Below, piece after piece: positions 1-11,626 of a DNA stretch of 64,000 nt. Location: the NCBI GenBank assembly GCA_001643675.2, contig LSRY02000034.1, positions 806,001 to 870,000 of the forward strand, in the 5' to 3' direction. The stretch's first letter is position 1. Every line of letters starts with the position of its first letter. Source of the stretch: Monocercomonoides exilis PA203 (lineage: Eukaryota; Protista; Preaxostyla). A program made the translations under genes and the position numbers. The notes beneath the pieces are model-generated. The model saw nothing but the letters and a program-made list of their open reading frames with translations, was not told the DNA's origin and ran no database searches.

Positions 1-1300
1 GCTTAAATTACATTTCGTTTGAAGAAGAGAACAAAAACAATGAATCTGTAGAGATCTTCTCAATCCTGTTCTAAATTACCGTCTTCAACGCTCCATCAAA
101 AAAACATTAATAAATTCAACGGAGAAAATGCTATTTCCGTTGAGCGAGCTCATCCAGTAAACACGCTATGACTGCTAACAACCATCTCTTCTGGTTCAGT
201 TGCTTCAAATAGATTTGAGGCTTGTTCGTTTAGGTGGATCGAGTCATGCCAAATAGCAATGTCTCAAATGGATTGAACGCAATCGACACGGATGAAAGTG
301 ACAAATAAGATGCTTCTTATTCGGTTTTGATCGTCTATCCAAATAAATTTTAACCAAAAATTGAAATTGCATTTTAGCTGAAATCAAAATTTGTTGTCTC
401 CTTTATCGTTCCTGCTAGAACCTTAAAATTAGCCTCTGAATCAACAATCTGCAGAGTGAGGCAGTGACTGATCGCGTTGTATGGATGACTTTCATGAAGA
501 CCACTCGTAAACATATCTTTCTCACATGATTGTGTTTCAGAAGAAGAAACAAATCTGTCACTTCAAAGACATTCGCTTTCACCTGTAATAAAATAACTGT
601 ATATGGACTAACTCTATGCTCTGTTTGTCTTGTGGAATAACAGTTTTGATCAATGCCATTTTCAAAAGAATTGCATCGTTGAATATTATATTCTCCTTTT
701 AGGTATGTATTATTATCGAAAAATCAGAAAAATTTCAATGTTCCGTTGATACAGCAAGAAATTTGTAAATAAACTGTTTCGCTTCCGAAAACCAAATTGC
801 TGTAACAAAATAGACAAATCGATATAATAACCTGATCTGTGCAATTCATATGCTGAATGGAGCTTCCTGTACAATAAGACGATCGATTTAAATGGAAGTT
901 CTTTAAAAAATGAATTGATAAAGCACCGATTTCGCTTTTGAGTTTCTGTAAAAGGGAGGTCAACTGCTCCACCATCACTGCTAGAAGAACAGCTTGGAAA
1001 AGAAAAGTTGCCAATCTGTTGCTTTTCCACTTTCCATTCAAGAGGAAATAGTCTAACGATAGCACATCCGGTCTGTAATGATTGAATTTCTCAACTTGAT
1101 CAGATTGTTGCAATCGGATGATAATAAGAGGCTGGACGAATAAATATTCATTTTTTTGATCAATTTCTTATCAGTGAAGGAGATTGACCAATTTTGTAAA
1201 TGAAACTGAGACGGCGATTTTTGTAAAGAAGCAAAGGAATCCAGTGAAACACTGAACTTTTCTGTCATTACCATAAATGATTATGACAAATGTTCATCTG
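1..1300 (-). pseudogene. Decayed fragment of a lineage-specific (probably large surface-protein) gene family
   Basis: Short broken minus-strand frames with stops and frameshifts. Peptides FHLQNWSxSFT, NIYSxSL, LRNSxITD and DYFL are shared with the + strand fragment at 51.4-52 kb. Confidence 0.45.
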
Positions 1301-1670
1301 CAAATATTTTTATTAGAATTTAATAAAGGCATAATCTCAAAAATGCAATAATAATGATTGAAGAGTCTCTGGCTTCCATTTTTTCTCCAGCAAATATAAT
1401 TTTCTCAAAAAAAGAATTGTTGTTTGTTTTAGAGGGAAACTGTGATTCATTTGAACTGTCTTGACCAAAATTAATACAATTATTATTATTAAAAATATTG
1501 GAGGGATACCTTGTCTTCTCGAAATGTAAATTTCTCAAATATCTTATAATTTAAATGTCTTTTCCAGGGGCAAACATTACATAGAACAATAAATGCAATT
1601 TCATTGGGAAAATCCTTTTATTTTCAAACTGATCACAAAGACCATTTGGAAAATAACTTCAATTATTTTT

Positions 1671-2018
1671 GGTACTTTCCCAATAGGTGGACATAACCCT
1701 TAATAAATATATTTTTCTGTGAAAATCATAATAATTGTGATTTTAAAGTTTGTTTATAAACTGCTTAACATATTGCAAATAGCTCTAATAATCACTTTGT
1801 TAAGTATTTTTTGATGATTTTCAATATTGTGATCTTTAAAATGAAAATATCTTAGGGTTTGAGTTGATAAAAGTGCAACTGAAGTGTGTGAATATTTGTT
1901 CATGTTTGCATAAAGATGTTTCATTTGGGTAATTTAGGTTTTTAGGGTTTTTATTAAGAAAGTTATAACCTAAAAAAAATTACTGTTTAGGGTAATGTCC
2001 ACCTATTGGGATTGCACC
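1671..2018. mobile_element. Non-autonomous DNA transposon (MITE), Merlin-like
   Basis: ~30-bp TIRs GGTACTTTCCCAATAGGTGGACATAACCCT / revcomp GGTGCAATCCCAATAGGTGGACATTACCCT, flanked by 8-bp direct repeat TTATTTTT (1663-1670 and 2019-2026). GG termini with an 8-bp TSD fit the Merlin superfamily. Confidence 0.75.
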
Positions 2019-2162
2019 TTATTTTTGCTTTTTTCGCTTTTTTTTGACGAAATTGTTTATAATGAGAATATAGAAATTCATAAGAAATGTCAACTATTGG
2101 TAAGATGAAATTATTTCGAAGTGAAATTTTTTCTTTTTAAATGTTATCAAACTATTTGCACG

Positions 2163-2375
2163 CATGGCTGATCCGTTTTGAAATCATGCTTTTGTTTGAG
2201 TTTTGATTAAAATTTTTATCTCAATGGGATTTTGAAAAATTGAACTCAACTGATAATACACGTTGTATATGATATTGTTATTGCAGATACATAAAATTGT
2301 CAAAAATCCCATTGAGAACAAATATTTTGATCAAAACTCGAACGAAAGTGTGATTTCAGAAAAGATCAGACACAT
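2163..2375. mobile_element. Palindromic MITE-like element
   Basis: ~80-bp imperfect inverted arms (CTGATC..GAAATCA..GAGTTTTGAT.AAAAT..TCTCAATGGGATTTT vs its complement at ~2295-2370) around a short spacer. TSD not resolved. Confidence 0.6.
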
Positions 2376-2713
2376 ATGATATTTCATTATTTTCATGTTT
2401 AACGAATAAAAAATTGATGATTTGGAAAAAATAATAATAATAATAATAAATATTCAATGAAAAATTCATTTTTGGGAACAGTATGCGCAAAAAATAATGG
2501 ACAAGATCGATATCTCAATAACCGCAAGAGGAATAATTCTGTTAATGTTCCTCAAAATATATCTCATCAAAACAAACTCATTTGGGTAATTCTTTTTGAA
2601 AAGTCGCAAATGTTTAATTTTCAAATAAATCAAAAATTGCATATTTTGCTCAAATTTCTGTTTTAACTCACGAATCTTCTTTAGAATGTGTGAAGTGGCA
2701 TTATCAAGAAATA

Positions 2714-4266
2714 CACTGCTCATCAGAATTATATGATCCTGATGAAGTTTCTTTATTTTTTTTACAATAAAAGCATAAGTCGAAAGCAAAAATATATCGT
2801 TCAGAAAATTACAAAATGACATTTAAGATTTATCAGTTTTTGTTTTTAAAAAAAGACTTGATCAATATTAAAAAATGTTTATTTTCATATTTTGCAGGAA
2901 ATTATTTTCAAAAAAATGTGATCCGGAAAAAAAGGTTAATTTGCGAATGATAAAAGTATTAATACAAAAAAAGAAATAATGCACAAACAAAACAAAATGA
3001 CAAGAATCACAAAGGGCTCGAATAAAAAGAAAATACATATACTGCGCGATCAAGGAAAAGGAAGAAACGAAATTTCTCGTATTTTGAATATTTCAGTCAA
3101 TACTGCAAAAAAGTACTTGAAAACAAACCATATTCAATCAAAACGGCTTGTCAGACGCAAACTCGGAAGGCCACTTATTCTTTCGCCTGCTCTGTTGAGA
3201 AAAGCTAAAAAAGAATCAAAATGCATGCAAATTCGAAGAGCCAGAGATCTAACCGATTATCTTGGTGTGAATTGCAGCAATTCCACCTCTCTTCGACTAT
3301 TGCGCTTAATAAATAGAAAATATACAAAGAGAAAAATCAAACCTTACCTATCAAAGAATGCTTGTGAGAAGAGAAACGAATTTGCGGAAAAACATTTAAG
3401 GGATGATGAATTATGGGAACTTACGATCTTCGCAGATGAAAAAAAATTCAATTTATTTGGACCAGATAATACAAGAATGGAATGGATTGAAAAAGATAAT
3501 AAGGAAATTTTCGATCATCAAAGTCAGAATAACCATGAAATAATAAATATATGGGCTGCAGTGGGTTTTAATTTCAAATCACCAATCGTTTTTGTCAGTG
3601 AAACAATGAATTCTGAGGAATATTGTCGTATTTTGAAATTTTCATTGATTCCTTATGCACGCAAGCGATTCAAAAATTATTGGAGATTTATCCACGATAA
3701 TTCACCAATTCATCGATCTTTAAAGGTGCAAAATGTTATCAAATATTTTTCAATAACCAGCGCAGAATGGCCCCCTTATTCTCCAGATTTTTATATCATA
3801 GATAATGTTTGGAGCATTTTATCCAGGATAGTTTTTAAAGATGGAAAACCAAAGAAAGATGTGAATGAGCTGAAACAATCAATTTTGGATGCCTGGAATG
3901 AAATTGAAATGGATATTATTAATAAACTTGTTCATTCGATGTACAAACGCCTAAAAACAGTTATTTCAAATGAAGGAGGATCAATCAACTATTAATATAT
4001 TTTTATCATGTTATTGACATTAATTCTTGAAATTTAACTTTTTTTTTGAAAATTCAGATCACATAATTTTGACAAATAATTTTTTCTATTTTCAGGAAAA
4101 TCGTTCTTTTTTCGTTGTTTTTGAAAAGAGAAAAAAAAATATCTCTATTGCAAAGCATTAACGTGTTTGATAATAATAATAATTGAATGTGATTTTTTTT
4201 CTTTCATAACTGTTGATTCATATTTTCAATTTTTGTAAGTGGATCAGTTATTTTTGATTGTCAGTG
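2714..4266 (+). mobile_element. IS630-Tc1-mariner transposon, ~1.55 kb, TA target duplication
   Basis: TA|CACTGCTCATCAGAATTATATGATCC ... GGATCAGTTATTTTTGATTGTCAGTG|TA (19/26 identical TIR). A second inverted pair at ~2900-2926 and ~4058-4085 encloses the transposase ORF. Confidence 0.85.
2979..3995 (+). CDS. Tc1-like DDE/D transposase
   Basis: N-terminal HTH (RNEISRILNISVNTAKKYL), GRP motif, catalytic motifs IFADEKKF, FIHDNSPIH and WPPYSPDFYIIDNVW; 338 aa, uninterrupted. Confidence 0.92.
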   Translation: MHKQNKMTRITKGSNKKKIHILRDQGKGRNEISRILNISVNTAKKYLKTNHIQSKRLVRRKLGRPLILSPALLRKAKKESKCMQIRRARDLTDYLGVNCSNSTSLRLLRLINRKYTKRKIKPYLSKNACEKRNEFAEKHLRDDELWELTIFADEKKFNLFGPDNTRMEWIEKDNKEIFDHQSQNNHEIINIWAAVGFNFKSPIVFVSETMNSEEYCRILKFSLIPYARKRFKNYWRFIHDNSPIHRSLKVQNVIKYFSITSAEWPPYSPDFYIIDNVWSILSRIVFKDGKPKKDVNELKQSILDAWNEIEMDIINKLVHSMYKRLKTVISNEGGSINY

Positions 4267-5276
4267 TATATTCCATATTGGTGAAGTTTGATGTTCTTGG
4301 ACAAACATTTTATTAAAATATGCAATTTTTGATTTTAATGAAAATTTATCATTTGCGACTTTTCAAAAAGAATTACACATTTGAAACACAAATCTTTCAA
4401 AGCAGCTTCATTTGTGCACAGAAAGAATTATTATTGAAAATTCAGAGAAATAGGATTTTGAGTTTCTCCGAGATTTCGATATGTAATTTTTCTGGGCTCA
4501 AGCGAAGCTGTCTTGAAAGACTTGTATGTCACATGAGTTTGTATTGATGAGATATATTTTGAGGAAAATTAACAGAATTATTCCTATTGCAGTTATTATG
4601 AAAACGATCTTGTCCGGTATTTTGTGCGATGTCCAGTATTTTTTGCGCAAACTGTAATGCCAATTTAAGAACTATTATGTTATATTTGTGTTCATTTGAA
4701 AGCGGAAAAACAATGAAACAAATTTTGATTAAGGTTAAATAAAAATATTTTTTGTTTTTTCTTTTGTTTTTCCACTTTTGAAAGGTTATTATTTGAACAC
4801 TTTTATAAGAAAATGAATAGAAAAAGGAAAGGAAAAAAATTAATTTCGAAAGTATTCTGTGGAATTATATTCTGAAAGAATGAAATGTATTTATCTTTAG
4901 ACAAAGTTTTCATATTTTTTGGTACAAATTCTGCATTAAAAATAAGTGATGAATGCAGAAACCTGTTTCTTTTTGAATTTGATTGTTTTTTTTTTTTTTT
5001 TTTTTTTATAAGAAAAAGATTTTGCATTGAAGTAATTCTTCGTTTCATTGGTAAAATTTCAATACTCAACCTGTTTTTCCAAATGTTGGTAATTTTGTAT
5101 GATCATAACTTGATGCAACATTCAGAAAGTTTCTTTCTTTCTTTCTTCTTTCTTTTTCTCTTTTATTTAAGGATTGCAATTGGAAAAAAAAAAAAAATAA
5201 ATAAAGAATAATCATAACCAAACATTTCATAAAAAAAATTATAAATTTATCAATTGAATATAAAACAATTCGTTTT

Positions 5277-8200
5277 TCAATGCATCCATTCAAAATCAAT
5301 ATTCATCAACGATGTGCTTATCATTGTCATTGTTCCTTGTTCCAAAAATTCATTACGCTTTCTCAAATGAGACGATTGGAGTGAAGTTCTTTTATTGTAG
5401 CGCTCCTCGTGAACTGTATTTTTTGAAGTGAGAGTCAACTTAACAACAGCTTTCTCGCAAGGAGCAAGTTTTTGTTTGTGACATTCCACATTCAATTTTA
5501 ATACATCGCTTTCTTTTCTTGTCGATGACTCCTGTTTATCACGCAATCTCTTTTTGTAGAGAGAAGATGTTGTCTTCTGAAACAGTGACGGTTCATATTG
5601 CTTTGATAATCTTCTCTGGATGAGAGCATAAGAGTAGCTCGATTCATTCGATGTGTTTCGTATTGTAACAAAGTATGTTCCTGTTTGCCCGTCAAAAATC
5701 ATTTTGTTTGTGGATCTTTGAGATTGTGATTCGCAAGGAGTGAAAAAGATCGTTTCAGAAATAGAAGCGAAATGAGAACGCGAAAAGTGCAAAGCAGGAA
5801 TATGGCGATGATTAAACCTTGACAATTCCCTTTTCTCATCATCAGAAAGTGATGTAATACTCTTCGTTTCTTTACATTCTTCTTGCTTTTTCACTTTTGA
5901 TTCTTCGAATTCTTTGACTTCGTCTTCTGTTGATGAGCTCATTAAAAGAAGTGTTGGAGATGCTACTCCAGTAACATTTAAGGAAATTTTCTGTAAATCT
6001 GCTTGCCTCTCTTTTGAAGCATCGATCATGTTTTCATTTTCTGAAAAAACACATCTTTCTTGAATTGTTGGAGATGAAGATTCGGATTTATTTTCTGAAT
6101 ATAAATTTTGAGCTTGATTTAATGACACTTGTGAAATCACAAGTTCAGCTACATACACCCCAATGGCTGAAGGAGCAAAAGTGAAAATGCATTCGTACCA
6201 ACCATTGCAAGGTATTTTTATCAGGCTTTCCTCACATGAAAAGATTGGACGAGAATGAATTTGACCAGAACTGGCAGTTTCACTCTCAACTGTCTTCATT
6301 TCCATCTCTGAATCATTTGGAACAGAATCATCTGAGGTAATCGTCTTTGCAACGTCTGGTAGCGATTCCAAAGGATGATGCTTAACAGCGCAGAATTTTA
6401 CACAGACAAAAGTATCTTGACTGGAAGGATTGCACAAGATAAACGAGCATTTTTTCTTTTCTTCAACGTAATTAAATCCGCAAAACAGAAATTCAGCATC
6501 ATTCTCCACACATACTCCATCTTTCTTGCTGAAAACTGGAGTAATGTTCTGAACAATAGCAGGAGAAGACAAAGAGGATAACGCAGTGCATGCACACTTT
6601 CGTGATGTTTGAACTATGGTATTTGAAGAAGCAGAAGAAGAAGCAGTTGCCAGAGGAATATGTGCAGATAAAGAGTGCAATGATGATGATGATGTTGAAG
6701 ATCTTGATGTAGCTGCTGATGATGGAAACGCTCTTGTTCTAAATGATTTACTATTCACAGAAATACTTCGATTTTCTTTTGAAGATGGACGTGAAGTGAC
6801 AGATCCTCTTGCTGGTGATTGCTTCAAACAGACTCTTTGATCGCAGAAAAATCTGGATGTTCTTGAAGGCTCATGTCTCTCTAAAGGATAAGAAAAGTGA
6901 GGAATTTTGTTATCCGCATTCTGCTTTGAAGAGAAAGAACAACAATTTGAAGAAGTTGATGGAGATCGCACTGTTGTTCTTGCCGTTACCGATTTTGAGT
7001 TTGAAACCGAACGAAATGCATTCGAATGCCTTGGCAATGGTGTTGAACTTCTTGTGGATGAACGCATTTCTTTTGAGAAACCAGAAAATACAGAACTGTT
7101 CGATTTTTCTCTTGACATCTGAAAATTCATGCGGGAAACTTTCTTTCTAAAGTCCGACTGGGAGTCGTTGCTTGAACGAGAAGAAGAATTTGAAGAAGAA
7201 GAAGGAGAAGAAATTGAGAGAGATCTAGCTGAAGAAGGTATTAAAGAATGATTGCCAGTCAGTGAACTTTTGCAGCTGGAAAGACGGAGAGTTGGAATCT
7301 TGAATTCCTTTTGAAGTTTTGATGAATTATTGGAAATTTTCTCTTTTGATTGACTATTGCCAATAATTCCATTTCTTTTAGCTGATGACAATTCATGCAA
7401 TAATCTTCTATTTTCTGCTTTTTCTTCTCTTTTCTCTTTGTGTGGCTCAAAGTTGCCTTTCATCTGCTTCGTTTTCGAGGAGGAGGATGATGATGTTGCA
7501 ATTTTTTTAATGAAATTTGTCTTTTTGCAACTTTGGCTCAATTTGGAGTTTTCATCAAGAAAATGGTACTTAATCACTCCATCGTCACATAAATCTTCTT
7601 TATCTCGTTCAAAATTTTCTTCAATGCTCTTTTCATATTTTTCATCTTTGAGCTCTTCCATGATTTTCTCTTCTTCTTCATTCTTTCTTGTATCTTTATT
7701 CAATCTTGCACAACATTCAATCCCTTGAAACTCCTCAAAGCATTTCTCCTTTTTCATTTCGTCTTCTTTCACATCAAAAAACGCACATTCAACTTCATTT
7801 ATTTTGACTTCATCATTCTCATTCGTTATCATAGGTGAAACACAGTTCACTTGCTCAGCAGAAGGCAAAGACGAGCACAACTCACAAAAAGAAGTTCCTC
7901 TTCCAGTTTCAGACAGAAAAGAACGGGAAGTTCGCAGACTGATCGGAGGCAGTGGCGGCTTTGACGCCGAATACAATGGCAAGGCGGGTATTTCAGGGCG
8001 TTTCTTGCTGGCTCCCATGATGCTCTGAGGAGAATGCGCAATGAAAGAAGAAGAAGAAGAAGAAGAAGAAGAAGAAGAAGAAGAAGAAGAAGAAGAAGAA
8101 GAAGAAGAAGAAGAAGATGATGATGATGATGAGGAGAAAGAAGAGGAAGAATCAGGAGGAGGAGTCGAAGAAGTGTTGATAGTTGAGTATGTTTCGCTTG

Positions 8201-9099
8201 AATCATAATAATCATCTGAGCAGTTAAATACTCCTGTCTCACAAGGAGATTCAGATAGATTGTCAGACAGACTCCATTCAGAAACAGGCGATTCGTCGAT
8301 CTCAGGACAGTAAGAAATGCTTCCCTCACTTAGTGATGGTGAAAGTGAGCGAATTGAAGAATGAGAAGAAGAAGAAGTACTCGTGGGAGTGGAAGAATTT
8401 GAAGGAGAAGGCGAAGAAGACAGCGAATGAAGCGGAGGAGACAAGAACAAGCCGCAACGAGAGTTTGGCGGGCTGAAAATGCAAGTGTTAATTTTGGCGT
8501 ATTGAGAAGTTATTTTCTTTTCCAACAAAGTTACAGACGTTGGCGAGGAGATGAAACGAAGAGAAGAAGAGACGGAAAGAGGACGCATTGGCGAAAAAGA
8601 AGGAGAAGTCAAAGTGATCGAAGAGCACACAGAGACAGTCGGTGACATGTGCAGAGGAGAAAGCGGATGTTGAAGAGTTGAAACGGAAAAAAATGTCTGA
8701 GTTGTGGTGGGTGTCTCTAATTGTGGCTGTTGCTTTTGTACTTGAATGGAATTTTCATTCTGGTTTGCACACAAATCCAACGCTGCTGGCAAATGAGGCA
8801 GATGAATTTGCATAGGCAATGCTGATTCCACAGTGCGTTCAACAAGATCCGAACAAGGAAGCAATATTCTTCCAGGAGACGTAGGGGTGAACACAACACA
8901 GTTTGAATGGGGTGTGTTTGGATTGGATTGAAGATGAGGTTCTGTCTCATTTCCAAAGATAACTGCTTGACTTCTTTCTTCTTCTTCTTTCTCTTCTTTT
9001 TTGAAATTGTTATTGAGAGTAATAGTTTTATCGTCAGATTGCTTTAATTCCATCACATTTTCCTCTTCCTCTCTTTTGTCTTCTTCTTTCTCTTCATCC

Positions 9100-9140
<41 letters not shown>

Positions 9141-10808
9141 ATCTTCTTCTTCTGCAGCCACTTCCTCCTCATCGAACTCATCCGTTTCCTGAAGTGTTCC
9201 ATCGCTTGAATCCTCGTTCTGCGTCATATCCGAATAAGTCCTATCTCTGCTCTGTGAATTCTCATTCGATACAGTCGCAACCTCGTTTTCGTTGATCCGT
9301 ATTGAATTGAAGCCTTCATCATCTGAACAGTCAGACTCTTCAAGCGTCGATTCGCTCGGAGCCTCTGAGCTCAGCTGGTTTTCTTGCAGTCTGCTGCTGT
9401 TCTGCTCTTCTCTGTTTGCATCCTCTTCGTTTAGATTGAACTCTTCTGAATCTGATTGATTGCTGTTGATTTCGGCTGGAGATCCGAAATAATCTCCTTC
9501 AGAGTTAAGGGAACTGTAATATTGAGAAGTTTCTATGAAGTCTAATGGCTTCATCTTTAAACTCTGAAAAGCTTTCAAGCAAGACGGGTTCAGAAAGTTT
9601 TTCAAATCACTCTCTTCATTAAACATCTCAGTTTTGTCATTGATATTTGAATCAAACACATCAAAGACTTCGCTTGATGAAAAATCAAGTTGATCATCTT
9701 CATCAAATGATATGTAATTTTCGTGTCTTAGTAACTTTGTTGGAGTTTTCGTATGTTTCTTTTTCTTTGGAGTTGAAGTTGAAATCAAGTAGAATTTTGA
9801 CGGTTCATCTGACTTGTGGAAATTTGTCTCGTTATCAAAAAGAATTAGATCATAAGGATTTGTTTCATGATTCCAAATGAATGCTTCTTTTGGAAGAGAT
9901 TGCTTTGCGTCAAAGAATTTCATAAAACTTCTTTCAACAATTGATGAAAGCTTTTCCGCTCCAGAAATGCGACATTTTATCATTTTTCGCACAAATGAGC
10001 TAATTGTTTGTAGAATTTTTTGGATACGATCTGTTGAATCTTCGCTTTCAATTCCTTCCAAAATCGTAAATATTTTGACAAAAAGCTTGACAATTGAGTC
10101 TCCACGGTTCATCATCAAAAAAGTCGAAAATGATTTAAACTTTTGACCTTCTATAGATAAAAATAGTTGTTTGGAAAATTGCGAAAGAGATTTATAATCT
10201 TCATTTCTGAAAAGGAAGAAAAAATCCTAAGTCTTTATTCATTCATAATAACCGACAAACCTCTGAACAATGAACTCCTTTGACTTGCTATTATGCCTTT
10301 TGCATTTTCCAAAACCACCTAAAAAAATAATTTATTATGATTTATTAAAGAAATGAATTTCACACAAAGCCTATAATTGTTCTCTTTATCCTTCAAAACA
10401 GTTTCAAGGCTCAGATTTGAATAAGTGAATCCTGTGATATGCAATAATTTGAATGCCTGTAAAACTTGCAAAAAACATTCAAATACATCCTGAAATAACA
10501 GAAAATATGATCAAAAATTTTTATAAAGGGCAAACATATTTGGTCAATGATTTTGAATCGATTTTTTTTCTTTTTATACATTCTTTCAATGAACCATCTT
10601 CGTACAGATTGAAGTACAAAAGTGTAAAGGAGGAATCAAGCTGCGGACCATTCAATCTTTCCACAAAGAAGTTAGATTTATGAATTGAGTGAAATATTAA
10701 CTCATTGATAAGGTTGTTTGATAATCCTCCAAAGTGGTTGAAAATTTTTACGAATGATCCTTTGTTCCGCTCTTTTTGCAATGAAAAATGCTCAATTGGA
10801 AATTTCAT
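5277..10808 (-). CDS. ~1794-aa protein: N-terminal pseudokinase domain, long acidic/Ser-rich region, C-terminal ASH/MSP-like beta domain. Exons 10808-10536, 10489-10366, 10318-10261, 10206-5277
   Basis: Three GT-AG introns (46, 47, 54 nt; phases 0, 1, 2) join the 10521-10808 ORF in frame to the 1613-aa ORF. Kinase-like motifs FVKIF, NELIFH, LYEDGSL, LLHITGFTYSNLSLETVL, RLCGFG. C-terminal FILCNPS..FTFAPSAIGVYVAEL resembles ASH domains. Confidence 0.72.
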
Positions 10809-11626
10809 AAAAAAGTTGAATTCGATTTTTTCAAATGAATTTTAAAAAACTGATCTGAATATATAAGAAAATAGATTAATTATTGTTTTTTGGTCAAGTC
10901 TTCGGTTAAAGCTGTACAAGTTATGCATTTTATCATTTCATTTGTTCATATCTTTGGATGAATAGTTTTACTTGGATAAAAATTTATGAAAAGCCTTTCT
11001 TTTGCTGAAAATAATCAAATAACATTATCCAAGTTTTGTTTGCGTTCTGTTGTCGAACATTCATTAAAAATAAAATTTTTATATTATCCTATAAGAATGA
11101 TAATCGATTGAAAAGCATTTGAGTACAATTTACAAAATATTAGCATCATGAATACATTTGTGGAGATCTCAAATTTTCAATTAACATTTAAGAAATTTGC
11201 ATGATCTATCAAAGAGTGATGGAACCATCGTAAATTAAGTTATCAAAACATTTCAGATATCTTATTTTCTTTGATTTTTTTAGGGAGAAATTATGAAATA
11301 TGTGATTGTTCTTTTGTAAGTTGAAGAACTTTGAGTTAAAGAATTGTTTATTTGAAAAAAAAGGAAGTTGATTCAAAAAATTTGGAAACGATTCATCAAC
11401 TTACTTTTAAAAAACAAATAATTTCCTCCTTGATATTCTCAATTAAAATAACAAACTAAAATGATTGGTAAAAAAAACTTGTCTTCAATTCAAAAAAGCT
11501 CACCGAACTATTGAAATCAAGAAAATTCTAAATATTGTAATTTCAAAAATAAATTATAAATATAATTAATTCAGTATTATAAATCCAAATTCAATTATTA
11601 CAAATTATTACAAAACAAATCGTTTT

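Larger units (their letters stand above)
2479..4654. mobile_element. Tc1/mariner-type long-TIR MITE, interrupted by a nested Tc1 element
   Basis: Termini CAGTATGCGCAAAAAATAATGGACA (2479) and revcomp CAGTTTGCGCAAAAAATACTGGACA (ends 4654, followed by TA). Arm 2479-2650 matches 4313-4380 plus 4532-4654 in inverted orientation. Confidence 0.7.

Noticed and set aside
1850-1995. Scattered TTAGGG motifs as interstitial telomere
   Set aside because: Isolated, non-tandem occurrences inside an AT-rich MITE.
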